From IMG/VR virus record IMGVR_UViG_3300025150_000006, positions 32,001-96,000 of that record: a stretch of 64,000 nucleotides of DNA. One strand, 5' to 3'. A program made the position numbers and the translations under genes. Positions 1-8,699 of the stretch are shown piece by piece (position 1 is the first letter of the stretch; every line of letters starts with the position of its first letter). The stretch is from a virus. The notes below the pieces were generated by a model. It had not been told where the DNA came from and ran no database searches. It worked only from the letters and a program-made list of their open reading frames with translations.

Positions 1-640
1 CCTCGATCGTCTCGTCCCAGTCATCTGAGAGACCATCCTCGGACCCGTCCGCGAAATCATCGAGGTAGTCGGGGTCACCGATGATGTCCTCACGCTTGAT
101 CAGGAACAGGCAGGTCGGGCATCCCAGCAGTCTGTGGCTCTTGCCCTCGGACCGCTTGTAGTTGGCCGGGCGAAGGAAAATGGGATTCCCCTCCTCATCC
201 GCTTTGCACTTGGGGCAAATGTACTTGCCGTCTTCGCACTCGACCTTGCTGCCCCGGTAGTGACGGTCCTTGCCGGCCCAGTAGAGGGCGGACTTCACGT
301 AGGCCTGAGCCACTCGGTCGAGGACTTCAGCAGCCGTCTTGGCAGGCCCACCTGGAACACTCACCGTCCCGGCACCGCCGGGAACGGTTGTGTTCTCCAC
401 ACTGGGTGGGATAGCGATCACATTGGTGACCCGCTGCAAGTCCTCGACCGAGTAGCGACCTGGTCCCCAGGGGAACTCCAGGTCCACTTGGCCGATGCCG
501 GGCCAAACAGCAACCACACGCCCCGCCTGGGACTCATCCGTCGCGCCGCCGGCAAGCGGAAACGCGAGGTCACCAACAGAGAACTCGCGGGCTCTCTGTT
601 GGTAGTCCAAGTAGGCGGTGGCTTGGTGCTGCTGTCCCAT
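1..640 (-). CDS. Hypothetical late protein with Zn-ribbon (CPKC...CPTC), 3' end beyond window edge
   Basis: Not in the ORF track; my translation from ATG at 640 (MGQQHQATAYLDYQQRAREFSVGD...RVAQAYVKSALYW...CPKC...CPTC...) is open to position 1; purine-rich leader upstream. Confidence 0.7.
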   Translation of the reverse strand, partial: MGQQHQATAYLDYQQRAREFSVGDLAFPLAGGATDESQAGRVVAVWPGIGQVDLEFPWGPGRYSVEDLQRVTNVIAIPPSVENTTVPGGAGTVSVPGGPAKTAAEVLDRVAQAYVKSALYWAGKDRHYRGSKVECEDGKYICPKCKADEEGNPIFLRPANYKRSEGKSHRLLGCPTCLFLIKREDIIGDPDYLDDFADGSEDGLSDDWDETIE

Positions 641-666
641 TATTGACCTTCTACCTTGGAGGCCGT

Positions 667-1380
667 TCAGACAGGCTTGGCGAGACCAGCGAGGATCTCA
701 GTCATTCGAGCGAGCTTCCCGGCAGCGGCCGAGGGCACGTCATTCGCCAGGTGCGGCAGGACATGAGCCGCCGCCCGCGTCAGAGCCGCGAGACGATCCT
801 CGTTCTCCGAACCCTCCAACAGGCGGGTCTGGAACTGGAGGACATCGAGACCGGTGGAAGCCAGCTTGGTGCCGAGTGCTTGAACACCCGCATCCTGGCT
901 GGCAGCACAACGGCCTGCGGCCTTGTTGATGTCCAGGTACAGGGCTGCCATCTTGGTGCCCAACTCCAGGGCAGCCTGGATGCCAGGCTTCGCGGTCTGG
1001 CGCTCGGAGCCATCAGGCAGCTCGCCCCCTTCCTGCTTCTCCCGCAGCTCGCGGTTCTCCTGCTGGGTGAAGTGCCCGTTCATGTAGGACTCGTCACCCT
1101 CTTGCTCCTGGGGACCCGACTTCTCCTCGCCGATCTCATCGGGGTTTTCCCCCTGATGGGCCGCGTTGAGGTCGGGCTCACCCGTGAGCGCGAGCTTCGA
1201 GATGTCGATGCCGGCTCGCTTGGCGATGTGGTCGCTGAGCAGGTCGCACTGGTAGGCGAACTTCTTGGCGATCTCAGGCTTGATGCCGTAGATGGCAGCC
1301 TGAGCGGTGATGAGGTTTGCAGCCTTGTCCAAGACAACGCCCGCATCCTGTGCAGCCTGCTTGGTGAGCTTCATGGCCAT
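667..1380 (-). CDS. Hypothetical late/virion protein (MAMKLTKQAA...), acidic central linker
   Basis: GGAGG RBS before ATG 1380; GC3-rich codons; K-x-A motifs. Confidence 0.7.
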   Translation of the reverse strand: MAMKLTKQAAQDAGVVLDKAANLITAQAAIYGIKPEIAKKFAYQCDLLSDHIAKRAGIDISKLALTGEPDLNAAHQGENPDEIGEEKSGPQEQEGDESYMNGHFTQQENRELREKQEGGELPDGSERQTAKPGIQAALELGTKMAALYLDINKAAGRCAASQDAGVQALGTKLASTGLDVLQFQTRLLEGSENEDRLAALTRAAAHVLPHLANDVPSAAAGKLARMTEILAGLAKPV

Positions 1381-1456
1381 ATGGTGATCCTCCGTGTCCG
1401 ATGCCGAGGTGGACAGCACAGGGCACACAGTGGCCCTTCGCTAATACCTCTGGCGT

Positions 1457-1468
1457 ATAGGGGAACTA
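1457..1468 (-). promoter_or_regulatory. Candidate phage late promoter TAGTnnnCCTAT
   Basis: TAGTTCCCCTAT on minus strand about 75 nt before ATG 1380; related motif upstream of five other late genes. Confidence 0.45.
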
Positions 1469-1492
1469 TGCAAAAAACTCGCAGATCCATTT

Positions 1493-4400
1493 TCAGGGAC
1501 CTTCCTCTCCTCCAGACCCCGCAAGAACCGCTTTCTCCATCTCCGAAAACTCTTCCGGGGTCATCTGCTCGATTCTTTTCCGCTCAGCCGGATCCGTGAC
1601 TCCTTCGAGAAAGTCCCTCTTGCGTTCCGCGAACGGGCGCTCGGGCCGAAGGGTCTTGTCCTCCGCCAGCTTAGGATCCGCTCCGGCTGCAATGGCCGTC
1701 ATCACTGCAACGGGGACGTCCTGCGGGTTGGGCTTCTCGTCCATCTCGGACAGAGCATCCACGATGCCCTGAGCCTGAGCCTGCTGGATCTTCTGAGAGC
1801 CGTCCTTCATGCAAACGGCAGCCTCTTCTCCGCTATCCAGGCACTTCTTCAAGAACTCGTCACAGGCTGCATTCATGTCTTCCCGGCTGGCATCTTCCAG
1901 ATCCTTGGCCACCTGGTCGTAGACCTCGGAGCTGTTGCTTGGATCCTTCTTCTGACGAGCGATGCTGGCCGCTACCCCCTGCACGGTCGTCATCGAGTTG
2001 ACACTCATGTCGAGGAGGAGAGACCTCAGGTATTTCTTCACGTCGTCGGACAGTTCACTGTTGCCCAGTGCATCTGCAAGGGACTGCCAGGGGGCATCCT
2101 TGGACATCGTGACCAGGTCCTCATCACTGAGCTTCCCCATAGCATCCCGCACAACTTCCCGGCCTTCCGCCTGGTACATCTGCGTGGGATCCTCCAGAAA
2201 CAGCATCTTGGCACTGTTCTGCTTGACCATTTGCTTGAACAGCACCTTGAGCTTGCTGTTCAGGGGCTCTCTCAGCAACTTCCCATTGGCCCACTTCACG
2301 TCGAAAGGCTCATCGTTGAGCACAGACGCAGCGTGCAGACCGTCGATGATGGAGTTCAACTCCTTGGCCTCTGGAGAGTCCGGAGTCATACCCTTGAGCT
2401 GCTGTACGGCGTTCTCAGCGATCTTGAGCCGGTGCTCCGGGGTCACCCTCCGGTAGAGCTTCATCGCCTGCTCTGCCCGAGACGCCAGAGCGTCACTGTC
2501 CATCGGTTCCGACGACAGAGGCTTCCCGCCCAAGTGACTGGGGTCGAGCAACAGGTGCTCCTGAGCCTTGGCCTGCACAAAGGCCCGTGCCACAGCTTCA
2601 GGACTTGATGTGTCCAGGTGCAGGAAAGGGTCCTTTCCCAGCTCCTGCATCATCTGAACCGTGACATTCTCATCCGCAAGCTCCTTGCGCAGGCCACGCA
2701 TCTCCACCTGGTAGGCCGCATAGAACTCAGGTGACTCCATCATCACCATCACCTGAAGGGCCATGTCCTCTGACAGGATGCCGTCCTTCTCAAGGGACGC
2801 TGCCAACGTCTCTGTCTCATTCTTAAACCGAGCCTTGTCCACCTTGGCCTGCTCGGCCTTCTGCTTCTTCTTGGCCTCCTCCGCCGCTGGGTCCGCCTTG
2901 CCATCCGCATCGGCAGTTCCCTTGGCGTAAGCTGTGGCCTGCTCCTTGGCCTTGTCATCCTCACCGAAAGTGTGGGTGACACCCTTAGGGTTCATTGCCA
3001 CCCAGACACCGGACTCTGCCTGCCAGACATCCCCCGCCTTGTGCTTGCCCTCTTCGGCAATCAGCCTACGCACCCATCGGGAACCCACCCGAGCCTCTTG
3101 TCCCTTCCACCAAGTCCCACGGGACTTGTCCCAGCCTCCCCGTGCTGTCTCGAAACTGAACTCCCGAATCGGGTACGTCACAGACTGGGCTGCAAAGTCC
3201 ATGTCCAACGAGACACGAGCGGCATGAGCGTGGGTGGTTGTCACCCCTCCGGCTGATTGGAACCACAAGGTCCCCTTCTTCCCGGTCTGGGGGTCCTTCA
3301 CCCGCCAACCCAAACCAATGTCGAGAACACGGTACTGGTGGCCCACCAAAGTCACCACAGCGTCAGACTTCTGAGCCCGCTTCTTATAGTTCTGGCTCAG
3401 GTCCTTGTCACCGTCCGCTCCGAAGCTCTCGATGTCAGGGTCATCCTCCCGCATCCTGTGTCGGCGGAGGTCATTCCGGGGAGGCTTCTTGCTTGGGTTC
3501 TTGTGATGCAGTTCCCGGACGTCCTCATCCTCTTTCTCGGCGTGGGTCTTCGTGCCCTCGACGAACCATCGGGCGGCAAGACGACGAGAAGGCTGAGTCA
3601 ATCCCTTGCAGTCCGGGCAGAGATTAGTCGTCTCAACCCGTGGACCCAAGCACCGACACTGGCTGACCGCCCCGCACTTGGGACAGATGTTCCGGTAGTG
3701 CTGCGGCTGTGACCCCTGCTTGTTGAGCCTCTCCTTGACGGTCCCGTCCCGCAGGAAGTTGTCCTCGATGCCAGGCACGAGATACTGGCTGCGCAGAGTG
3801 CTGGCCTCGTGGCCCACCTCAGCGGCGGCCTCGTCCAACGCCTGCTTGAACTCGGCCTTGAGTTTCTTCTGCCGTTCCTTCTTGTCGGTAGGAAGGGTGC
3901 CACCCTTGGAGCGGATGGCCTTGAGCTTGGTCTGCATCTCCCGGTTGGCGTGGAGCCCCCGGATGTCCTTGGCCGTGATGTCAAAGGACTTGAGGTACTC
4001 GTTGATGCCAGAGGCATCCGTCCCCTCGAACACTGAATCCGACCCCGACTTGCCCTCCAGCGCCTTCTCCAACCCGGCCACGAGTGCAGGGTCACTGGTG
4101 CTCTTGGTCTGCTTCACCCCGGACTTGCCCACGTAGGAGATGGTAGCCGTCGAGCCCTTGACGGTGACGTGCTTGGCCTGCCAACCGGTGACGCCGTAGT
4201 GACCGTCCTTGGCTGACGCCTCATTGCCAACGCGCTCGAAGGTGTCGTTCATCAAGCCGACGATCAATGCCTTGTGCCGGGTGGCCTCGTCTCCTGACTT
4301 GAGGTCCTTCTTGACCTGAGCCTGGAGCTTATGGAGCTTGCCACGGAGCTTCTCGATACGGTCAGCCTTGTCCCGGTGCCGGTTGGCGATCTGCTGATCA

Positions 4401-7400
4401 CTGTACTCGTAGACCGTCGTGGTGCCCTTGCCGTCAGCCTTGGGCACCTCCTTCTTGGACTTGAACTTCCCGGCTGCCAGCCTCCCTGAACCGGAGAGCA
4501 CGGGGAAAACCCGGTAGATCTCCTTGATGGCCTTCTTCCACTTGCCTGGTGCCTGTTCCCGCCAGACCTTCATTGGGACAAACACGTCCCCGTGAATCAC
4601 TGAGAGTAGGTAGGCCTTCTGCCTGCTCTCAGCGTCCTCACCCCGAAGATGCTTCTGGGCAGCCTGAATCATGTCCGTCAACTGCGGGTAGAACTCAACG
4701 TCATCCAGGAGATAGTTCTCGGCAAAAGTCTTGCTCTCATCGTAGAGCATCCGCTCTTGGCTGTGCCCCGGCGTCTGGATCCGTTGGGGAGGCAACCCAC
4801 CAGGGCTCCCGAGACTGGCCATGAGAGTCTGAGCAACGTGCTCCATCTCGTGACGGACTGTGTCCTCCAGTGCCTTCAAGGACTGCTTGAACTTGACCTT
4901 GATGTTGAGCGTCTTCGTCTTGGGGTCCCAACTGCCCAGGGAAGAGCCCGTTGCCCATCCCAGCACCACACGAAGGATCTTCCACTCCACGGGCAGCTTC
5001 TTGGGAAGTGCCGAGGCTGGTGACCAACCACTCAGGTCCATTGGGAACTTACGGACCAGAGGCCGTTTGCCTGCCAAGGGGGGTACACCAGGACGGAGAT
5101 AAGGCTTCAGCTCAGCCTCATCCCGTTTCGGGTATCCCATCAGGTCGGCGGCGACTGCGGCCTGCACCCATTCCGTGACGTCCGCCACCATGGCCGGGGG
5201 TGCCGTCCACAGCCCGGCGGTTTTCTGGGACGCATACCGAAGTGCCCGCACCCCTCCGTCGGAGTTGTGCTGGACTTGAGGCTTGTCCTCCCCGGCCTTC
5301 CAAGAGTACCACTGACGTCCCACACGGAACACGTAGCCTAGCACCCCACCACCGTAGTGGTCACCAGGGTCATCCTGAATCCCCTCGAACTCGGTCTGGC
5401 CCCAGGCGAACACAGCATAGGCCTCATCAGCCTTGCTGAACCACTTCTTCATCTGAGACGTGAATCGAGCGGTCTTGAGAAGTGAGACTGGGACCACGGT
5501 CTCGGTCTCCCCAGAGGCTGCCACGGCATCTGCAAACTGCTGGGTGAACAGCAGAGGCAGGGAGTTGACAGGCACGTTCTTCTCAATGCCATCCCCACCT
5601 GTGTCGAGCACGATCTTGTGCGTCACGGCCTGGATGTACCGATGAGCAACTCGGGTTGCCGCCTCCTTGTCCTGCTTGGCCTGAGCCTCATCGTAGCGGA
5701 CCTTGAACACTTGGACCTCTTTCTTGGCCCCCTGACCGGCATCGCCCTTGGGCTTCTTCCTCACGACGATGGTGGGGTCACCTTTCTCCGTCTCCCCGAA
5801 GCCTTCGATGCGACCAGGTGAATTGCGATATTTCCCGAGAAGGACTGGATCCCCAATATTGAGTTCAAACGTCTTTCCCGTCCGGGAAAAGATGCCCGTA
5901 CTCACGGAGTAGTTCTCTGGCCCAACGGATTTGATCTGAGACCCGTTGTCCACTGGGGTGATTCCGTCGCCAAAGTTCGAGGTTGTCGATCCGGTTGTCG
6001 ATCTTGTCCCCATTGATATGGTGGACGGTCTCCGTGCGCAGGAGTCTCCTACCGAGGAATTGCTCCATGACATAGCGATGTTCGAGGATTCTCCTGCCCT
6101 CGACATTGATGCTGCGGTATCCGTCTCGGTTGAGCCATCCCTCACCCTTGAGGGCTCGCTCTGCGGCCTCCGGGTCACCCTTTCGCTTCCAGAGATAGTA
6201 ATGGCGCTCGCAGTATCCCTTTGCATAGTGGTATTCGCCACAACCCTCGACGCCACACGTTCGATCGCGTCTGCGAATCCCCTCCAAGGAGCCCGTCCGC
6301 CTGAGCATGTTGTAGTGGGTGCGGCAGTAACTCCGAACTGCGGGCTTCTTTCCGCAACCATCAAAGGTGCAAGTGAGAGATGGAGGCAAGTCGCCCACCG
6401 GCTCTGGACGTTTCCCTTTTCGGTGTTGTTGGTAGTGCATTGTGCAGAAGCCCCTGGCTTCATGAGCCCGGCAGCATCCTGCCACTGAGCACTGGCGGTC
6501 GTGATGTCGTTCTGATCTTGGTCGTCCCATGACACCAATGTATCAGCACCCTGAATCTGCAACCTGTTCTTGTACTTGCCCATCAGGACCGGGTCCCCGA
6601 CGTTCAACTCGAAAATCTTGGCCGTCCTGCCTCCCTTGAGGTCATCACGGACTCGCTGGGTCAGCCGGCGGCCATCCGAGGCCAGAGCGGGATCATCCAA
6701 CAGGTGACGCCGTGCATAGTCCTGCACCTGCCGCACCGCTGCACCCTTGAGGTTGAACTCTGCCATCAGGGTCTTGGTGTCGAGCACCTTGCCCGGCTGG
6801 TTGAGCACCCGCACATACTGGTCAGAAGCAGCGTGAGACAGCCCTACCGTCACCTCACGCACACGAGCCATCTGATGAGCGTCGAGGAACGTGAGTCGCT
6901 TCCCACTCGGGAGACCCAGATCCATCAGGTCGAAAATGAAATCGACCTTCGCCTCACGATCCACCCAGTTCCCCAGGGAGTCACGGAACACCTTGTCCTT
7001 CTGAGCGATCTCCTTGATCACGTCGAGGAGCCCGAGCTTCTGCATCTCCAACAGAGCCCTCTTGCCCGTGGGCTCCTTCAAGAACGTGTTGATGAGCATC
7101 CCACTCAGATGAGCGGCAGGGATGTTGTGGAGCTTCGCCTTGTTCTTCTCGATGCTCTGCTTGACCTCGGGGGACAGCTTGAATCCGTACTTGATCAGGA
7201 ACTTGATGGCCCTGATCATCCGGCTCGGGTCGTCTGAGAACGTCTTATCCGGGCTGGACGGGCACCGCATCATCCCTTCTTGGAGGTCCTTCAGACCACA
7301 CCCAGAAAGGTCAAGAATCTCAGCCTTTTCCGGGCCTTCAGCCAGATCGTGCAGACGCCAGAGAAGGCAGTTGAACGTAAATTCACGACGACACACATCC

Positions 7401-7840
7401 TGCTCAATGGTCGCGGGTGTGACCTTGTCCGGGGTGTATCCCCCCTGGCCGTAACTCTCCGTCCGAGCATTCGCAATCTCGATGTCTTCACCACGCAGGT
7501 TGGCTTCCCCAAGCATCCAGTCACCGACGATGTGCATCAGAGCCACACCGTACTGGTTGGTCGTGATGTTCGTCTTCGCGGGGATCGCTCGGGCCACTTC
7601 CTTAGCGAACCACTCGGAGTCCTTGCCAGTAGCCACAGAGTCGATGACGACGTCGATGTCCTTCACAGGATACTTTTGCCCTGTAGGGTCCAGCACAAAG
7701 TTCCTTACTGCCCCTCCGACGACATAGACGTGCTTGCTCACACCCAGTCGCTTCGACAGGTCCGAGAGGAACTTCATCAGGGCCAGGCTGGCCTGATCGT
7801 CCATTGCAATGCGGGTTTGTTGAGCCACAGGCCACTCCAA
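1493..7840 (-). CDS. Multi-module polyprotein: CCA-type tRNA nucleotidyltransferase (~6630-7800), SH3/KOW-like module, HExxH zincin-like module, type IB topoisomerase (~3720-4470), Zn finger, helical C-terminal domain
   Basis: VYVVGGAVRN, KDIDVV, ARTESY, RREFTFN, DDPSRMIRA (class II nucleotidyltransferase); TVRHEMEH; RVGNE, GKSG, TAKDIR, VGH, RSQY (Topo IB R-K-R-H-Y pentad); CPKC..CRC..CPDC. True start may be GTG 7828 after GGAG. Confidence 0.85.
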   Translation of the reverse strand: MEWPVAQQTRIAMDDQASLALMKFLSDLSKRLGVSKHVYVVGGAVRNFVLDPTGQKYPVKDIDVVIDSVATGKDSEWFAKEVARAIPAKTNITTNQYGVALMHIVGDWMLGEANLRGEDIEIANARTESYGQGGYTPDKVTPATIEQDVCRREFTFNCLLWRLHDLAEGPEKAEILDLSGCGLKDLQEGMMRCPSSPDKTFSDDPSRMIRAIKFLIKYGFKLSPEVKQSIEKNKAKLHNIPAAHLSGMLINTFLKEPTGKRALLEMQKLGLLDVIKEIAQKDKVFRDSLGNWVDREAKVDFIFDLMDLGLPSGKRLTFLDAHQMARVREVTVGLSHAASDQYVRVLNQPGKVLDTKTLMAEFNLKGAAVRQVQDYARRHLLDDPALASDGRRLTQRVRDDLKGGRTAKIFELNVGDPVLMGKYKNRLQIQGADTLVSWDDQDQNDITTASAQWQDAAGLMKPGASAQCTTNNTEKGNVQSRWATCLHLSLAPLMVAERSPQFGVTAAPTTTCSGGRAPWRGFADAIERVASRVVANTTMQRDTASAITISGSERVTRRPQSEPSRVRDGSTETDTAASMSRAGESSNIAMSWSNSSVGDSCARRPSTISMGTRSTTGSTTSNFGDGITPVDNGSQIKSVGPENYSVSTGIFSRTGKTFELNIGDPVLLGKYRNSPGRIEGFGETEKGDPTIVVRKKPKGDAGQGAKKEVQVFKVRYDEAQAKQDKEAATRVAHRYIQAVTHKIVLDTGGDGIEKNVPVNSLPLLFTQQFADAVAASGETETVVPVSLLKTARFTSQMKKWFSKADEAYAVFAWGQTEFEGIQDDPGDHYGGGVLGYVFRVGRQWYSWKAGEDKPQVQHNSDGGVRALRYASQKTAGLWTAPPAMVADVTEWVQAAVAADLMGYPKRDEAELKPYLRPGVPPLAGKRPLVRKFPMDLSGWSPASALPKKLPVEWKILRVVLGWATGSSLGSWDPKTKTLNIKVKFKQSLKALEDTVRHEMEHVAQTLMASLGSPGGLPPQRIQTPGHSQERMLYDESKTFAENYLLDDVEFYPQLTDMIQAAQKHLRGEDAESRQKAYLLSVIHGDVFVPMKVWREQAPGKWKKAIKEIYRVFPVLSGSGRLAAGKFKSKKEVPKADGKGTTTVYEYSDQQIANRHRDKADRIEKLRGKLHKLQAQVKKDLKSGDEATRHKALIVGLMNDTFERVGNEASAKDGHYGVTGWQAKHVTVKGSTATISYVGKSGVKQTKSTSDPALVAGLEKALEGKSGSDSVFEGTDASGINEYLKSFDITAKDIRGLHANREMQTKLKAIRSKGGTLPTDKKERQKKLKAEFKQALDEAAAEVGHEASTLRSQYLVPGIEDNFLRDGTVKERLNKQGSQPQHYRNICPKCGAVSQCRCLGPRVETTNLCPDCKGLTQPSRRLAARWFVEGTKTHAEKEDEDVRELHHKNPSKKPPRNDLRRHRMREDDPDIESFGADGDKDLSQNYKKRAQKSDAVVTLVGHQYRVLDIGLGWRVKDPQTGKKGTLWFQSAGGVTTTHAHAARVSLDMDFAAQSVTYPIREFSFETARGGWDKSRGTWWKGQEARVGSRWVRRLIAEEGKHKAGDVWQAESGVWVAMNPKGVTHTFGEDDKAKEQATAYAKGTADADGKADPAAEEAKKKQKAEQAKVDKARFKNETETLAASLEKDGILSEDMALQVMVMMESPEFYAAYQVEMRGLRKELADENVTVQMMQELGKDPFLHLDTSSPEAVARAFVQAKAQEHLLLDPSHLGGKPLSSEPMDSDALASRAEQAMKLYRRVTPEHRLKIAENAVQQLKGMTPDSPEAKELNSIIDGLHAASVLNDEPFDVKWANGKLLREPLNSKLKVLFKQMVKQNSAKMLFLEDPTQMYQAEGREVVRDAMGKLSDEDLVTMSKDAPWQSLADALGNSELSDDVKKYLRSLLLDMSVNSMTTVQGVAASIARQKKDPSNSSEVYDQVAKDLEDASREDMNAACDEFLKKCLDSGEEAAVCMKDGSQKIQQAQAQGIVDALSEMDEKPNPQDVPVAVMTAIAAGADPKLAEDKTLRPERPFAERKRDFLEGVTDPAERKRIEQMTPEEFSEMEKAVLAGSGGEEGP
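5822..6565 (-). mobile_element. 744-bp in-frame HNH insertion carrying a recoded duplicate of 21 host codons
   Basis: RTAKIFELNVGDPVLMGKYKN (6566-6628) repeated as RTGKTFELNIGDPVLLGKYRN (5822-5884) exactly 744 nt away, with AT-richer codons in the second copy. Confidence 0.8.
5865..6530 (-). CDS. HNH homing endonuclease with three N-terminal CxxxxC...CxxHY Zn-finger repeats, nested out of frame in the polyprotein gene
   Basis: EHRYVMEQFLGR...VHHINGDKIDNRIDNLELW; repeats CSVAGC..CTMHY, CTFDGC..CRTHY, CGVEGC..CERHY. Confidence 0.9.
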   Translation of the reverse strand: MGRPRSERHHDRQCSVAGCCRAHEARGFCTMHYQQHRKGKRPEPVGDLPPSLTCTFDGCGKKPAVRSYCRTHYNMLRRTGSLEGIRRRDRTCGVEGCGEYHYAKGYCERHYYLWKRKGDPEAAERALKGEGWLNRDGYRSINVEGRRILEHRYVMEQFLGRRLLRTETVHHINGDKIDNRIDNLELWRRNHPSGQRVSDQIRWARELLREYGHLFPDGKDV

Positions 7841-7856
7841 TGAGGTCCCCTTCTGT

Positions 7857-8699
7857 TCAAGGGGACCTCATAGGCGAACAACCGCCTAGAACCTGAAAAG
7901 CACCCTCATCCTCCGAAACATCTTGCAGGCGGGATTCCGCCACACCCGTCCAGTGAGGATCACGGTCCACACCCCGGAAAGACATCCCCTCAAGAATTGC
8001 AGCTTCACCTGTAGTGCCAGACCCACAAAAAGGGTCTACGACCACCCCTCCAGGAGGGCACACCACCCGAACCAGTTGCCGCATCCAACCCACCGTTTTC
8101 TCGGCGGGATGGTCGTGCTTGTGTTTTGAGACTGGGAACCCCTCAAACAGGTGAGACAACCGAGGTTCCCCCACCTGCATGTACCCCACCCCCCATTGTT
8201 CGTGGTTAGCCTTCGAGGATTGCTGTGTCCCCGGCTTACGAGCCAGCACCCACAGTTCTGTTTCCTGTACAAGCTGGGTAGACAATCCACCATCGACCAA
8301 AGGGGATTTGGGCCTACGGCGATGCAGACGACGGATCAGGATGTCAATGGTAGGGAGACCTGCACGTTCCAGGCCCTCCATCAGCCAATGGAGGCTGGAC
8401 TGGAAACCCCAAAACACCCCATAGCCACCCGGCTTCAACACCCGGCTACATTGTTCAAGTACAGGATAAACCTGTTTCTCAAAACCAGGACGCATCGCCA
8501 AATGAGTCCGATGATGGGTTTGAAAATTGGCTCGTGTCCGGTTAGTGGGGGAATCCCAACCGAGGTAACGTGAATCCCCGCCCCCGAAAGGAACCATCAT
8601 ATTCCGACCAGAGGGCGGATCGGTAACAATGGCATCAGCACTGTTGTCTGGCCACGAACCCATCACATCAGCCGCATCCCCCAGACTCACATCATACAT
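7857..8699 (-). CDS. Beta-class N4-C/N6-A DNA methyltransferase
   Basis: IVTDPPS (motif IV-like), HPAEK, VVVDPFCGSGTT (motif I); start overlaps the upstream stop (TGATG). Confidence 0.8.
   Translation of the reverse strand: MYDVSLGDAADVMGSWPDNSADAIVTDPPSGRNMMVPFGGGDSRYLGWDSPTNRTRANFQTHHRTHLAMRPGFEKQVYPVLEQCSRVLKPGGYGVFWGFQSSLHWLMEGLERAGLPTIDILIRRLHRRRPKSPLVDGGLSTQLVQETELWVLARKPGTQQSSKANHEQWGVGYMQVGEPRLSHLFEGFPVSKHKHDHPAEKTVGWMRQLVRVVCPPGGVVVDPFCGSGTTGEAAILEGMSFRGVDRDPHWTGVAESRLQDVSEDEGAFQVLGGCSPMRSP

Noticed and set aside
643-1599. Long plus-strand ORFs (also 11487-13154, 39009-40265, 57231-58730)
   Set aside because: Antisense shadows of GC3-rich minus-strand genes; no motifs or convincing RBS
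5822-6565. Group I intron or intein explanation for the HNH insert
   Set aside because: Only about 35 nt lie upstream of the HNH ORF and the rest is recoded host sequence, leaving no room for a ribozyme core; no Cys/Ser1...HN intein ends; introns do not duplicate 21 exon codons. Not formally excluded without RT-PCR
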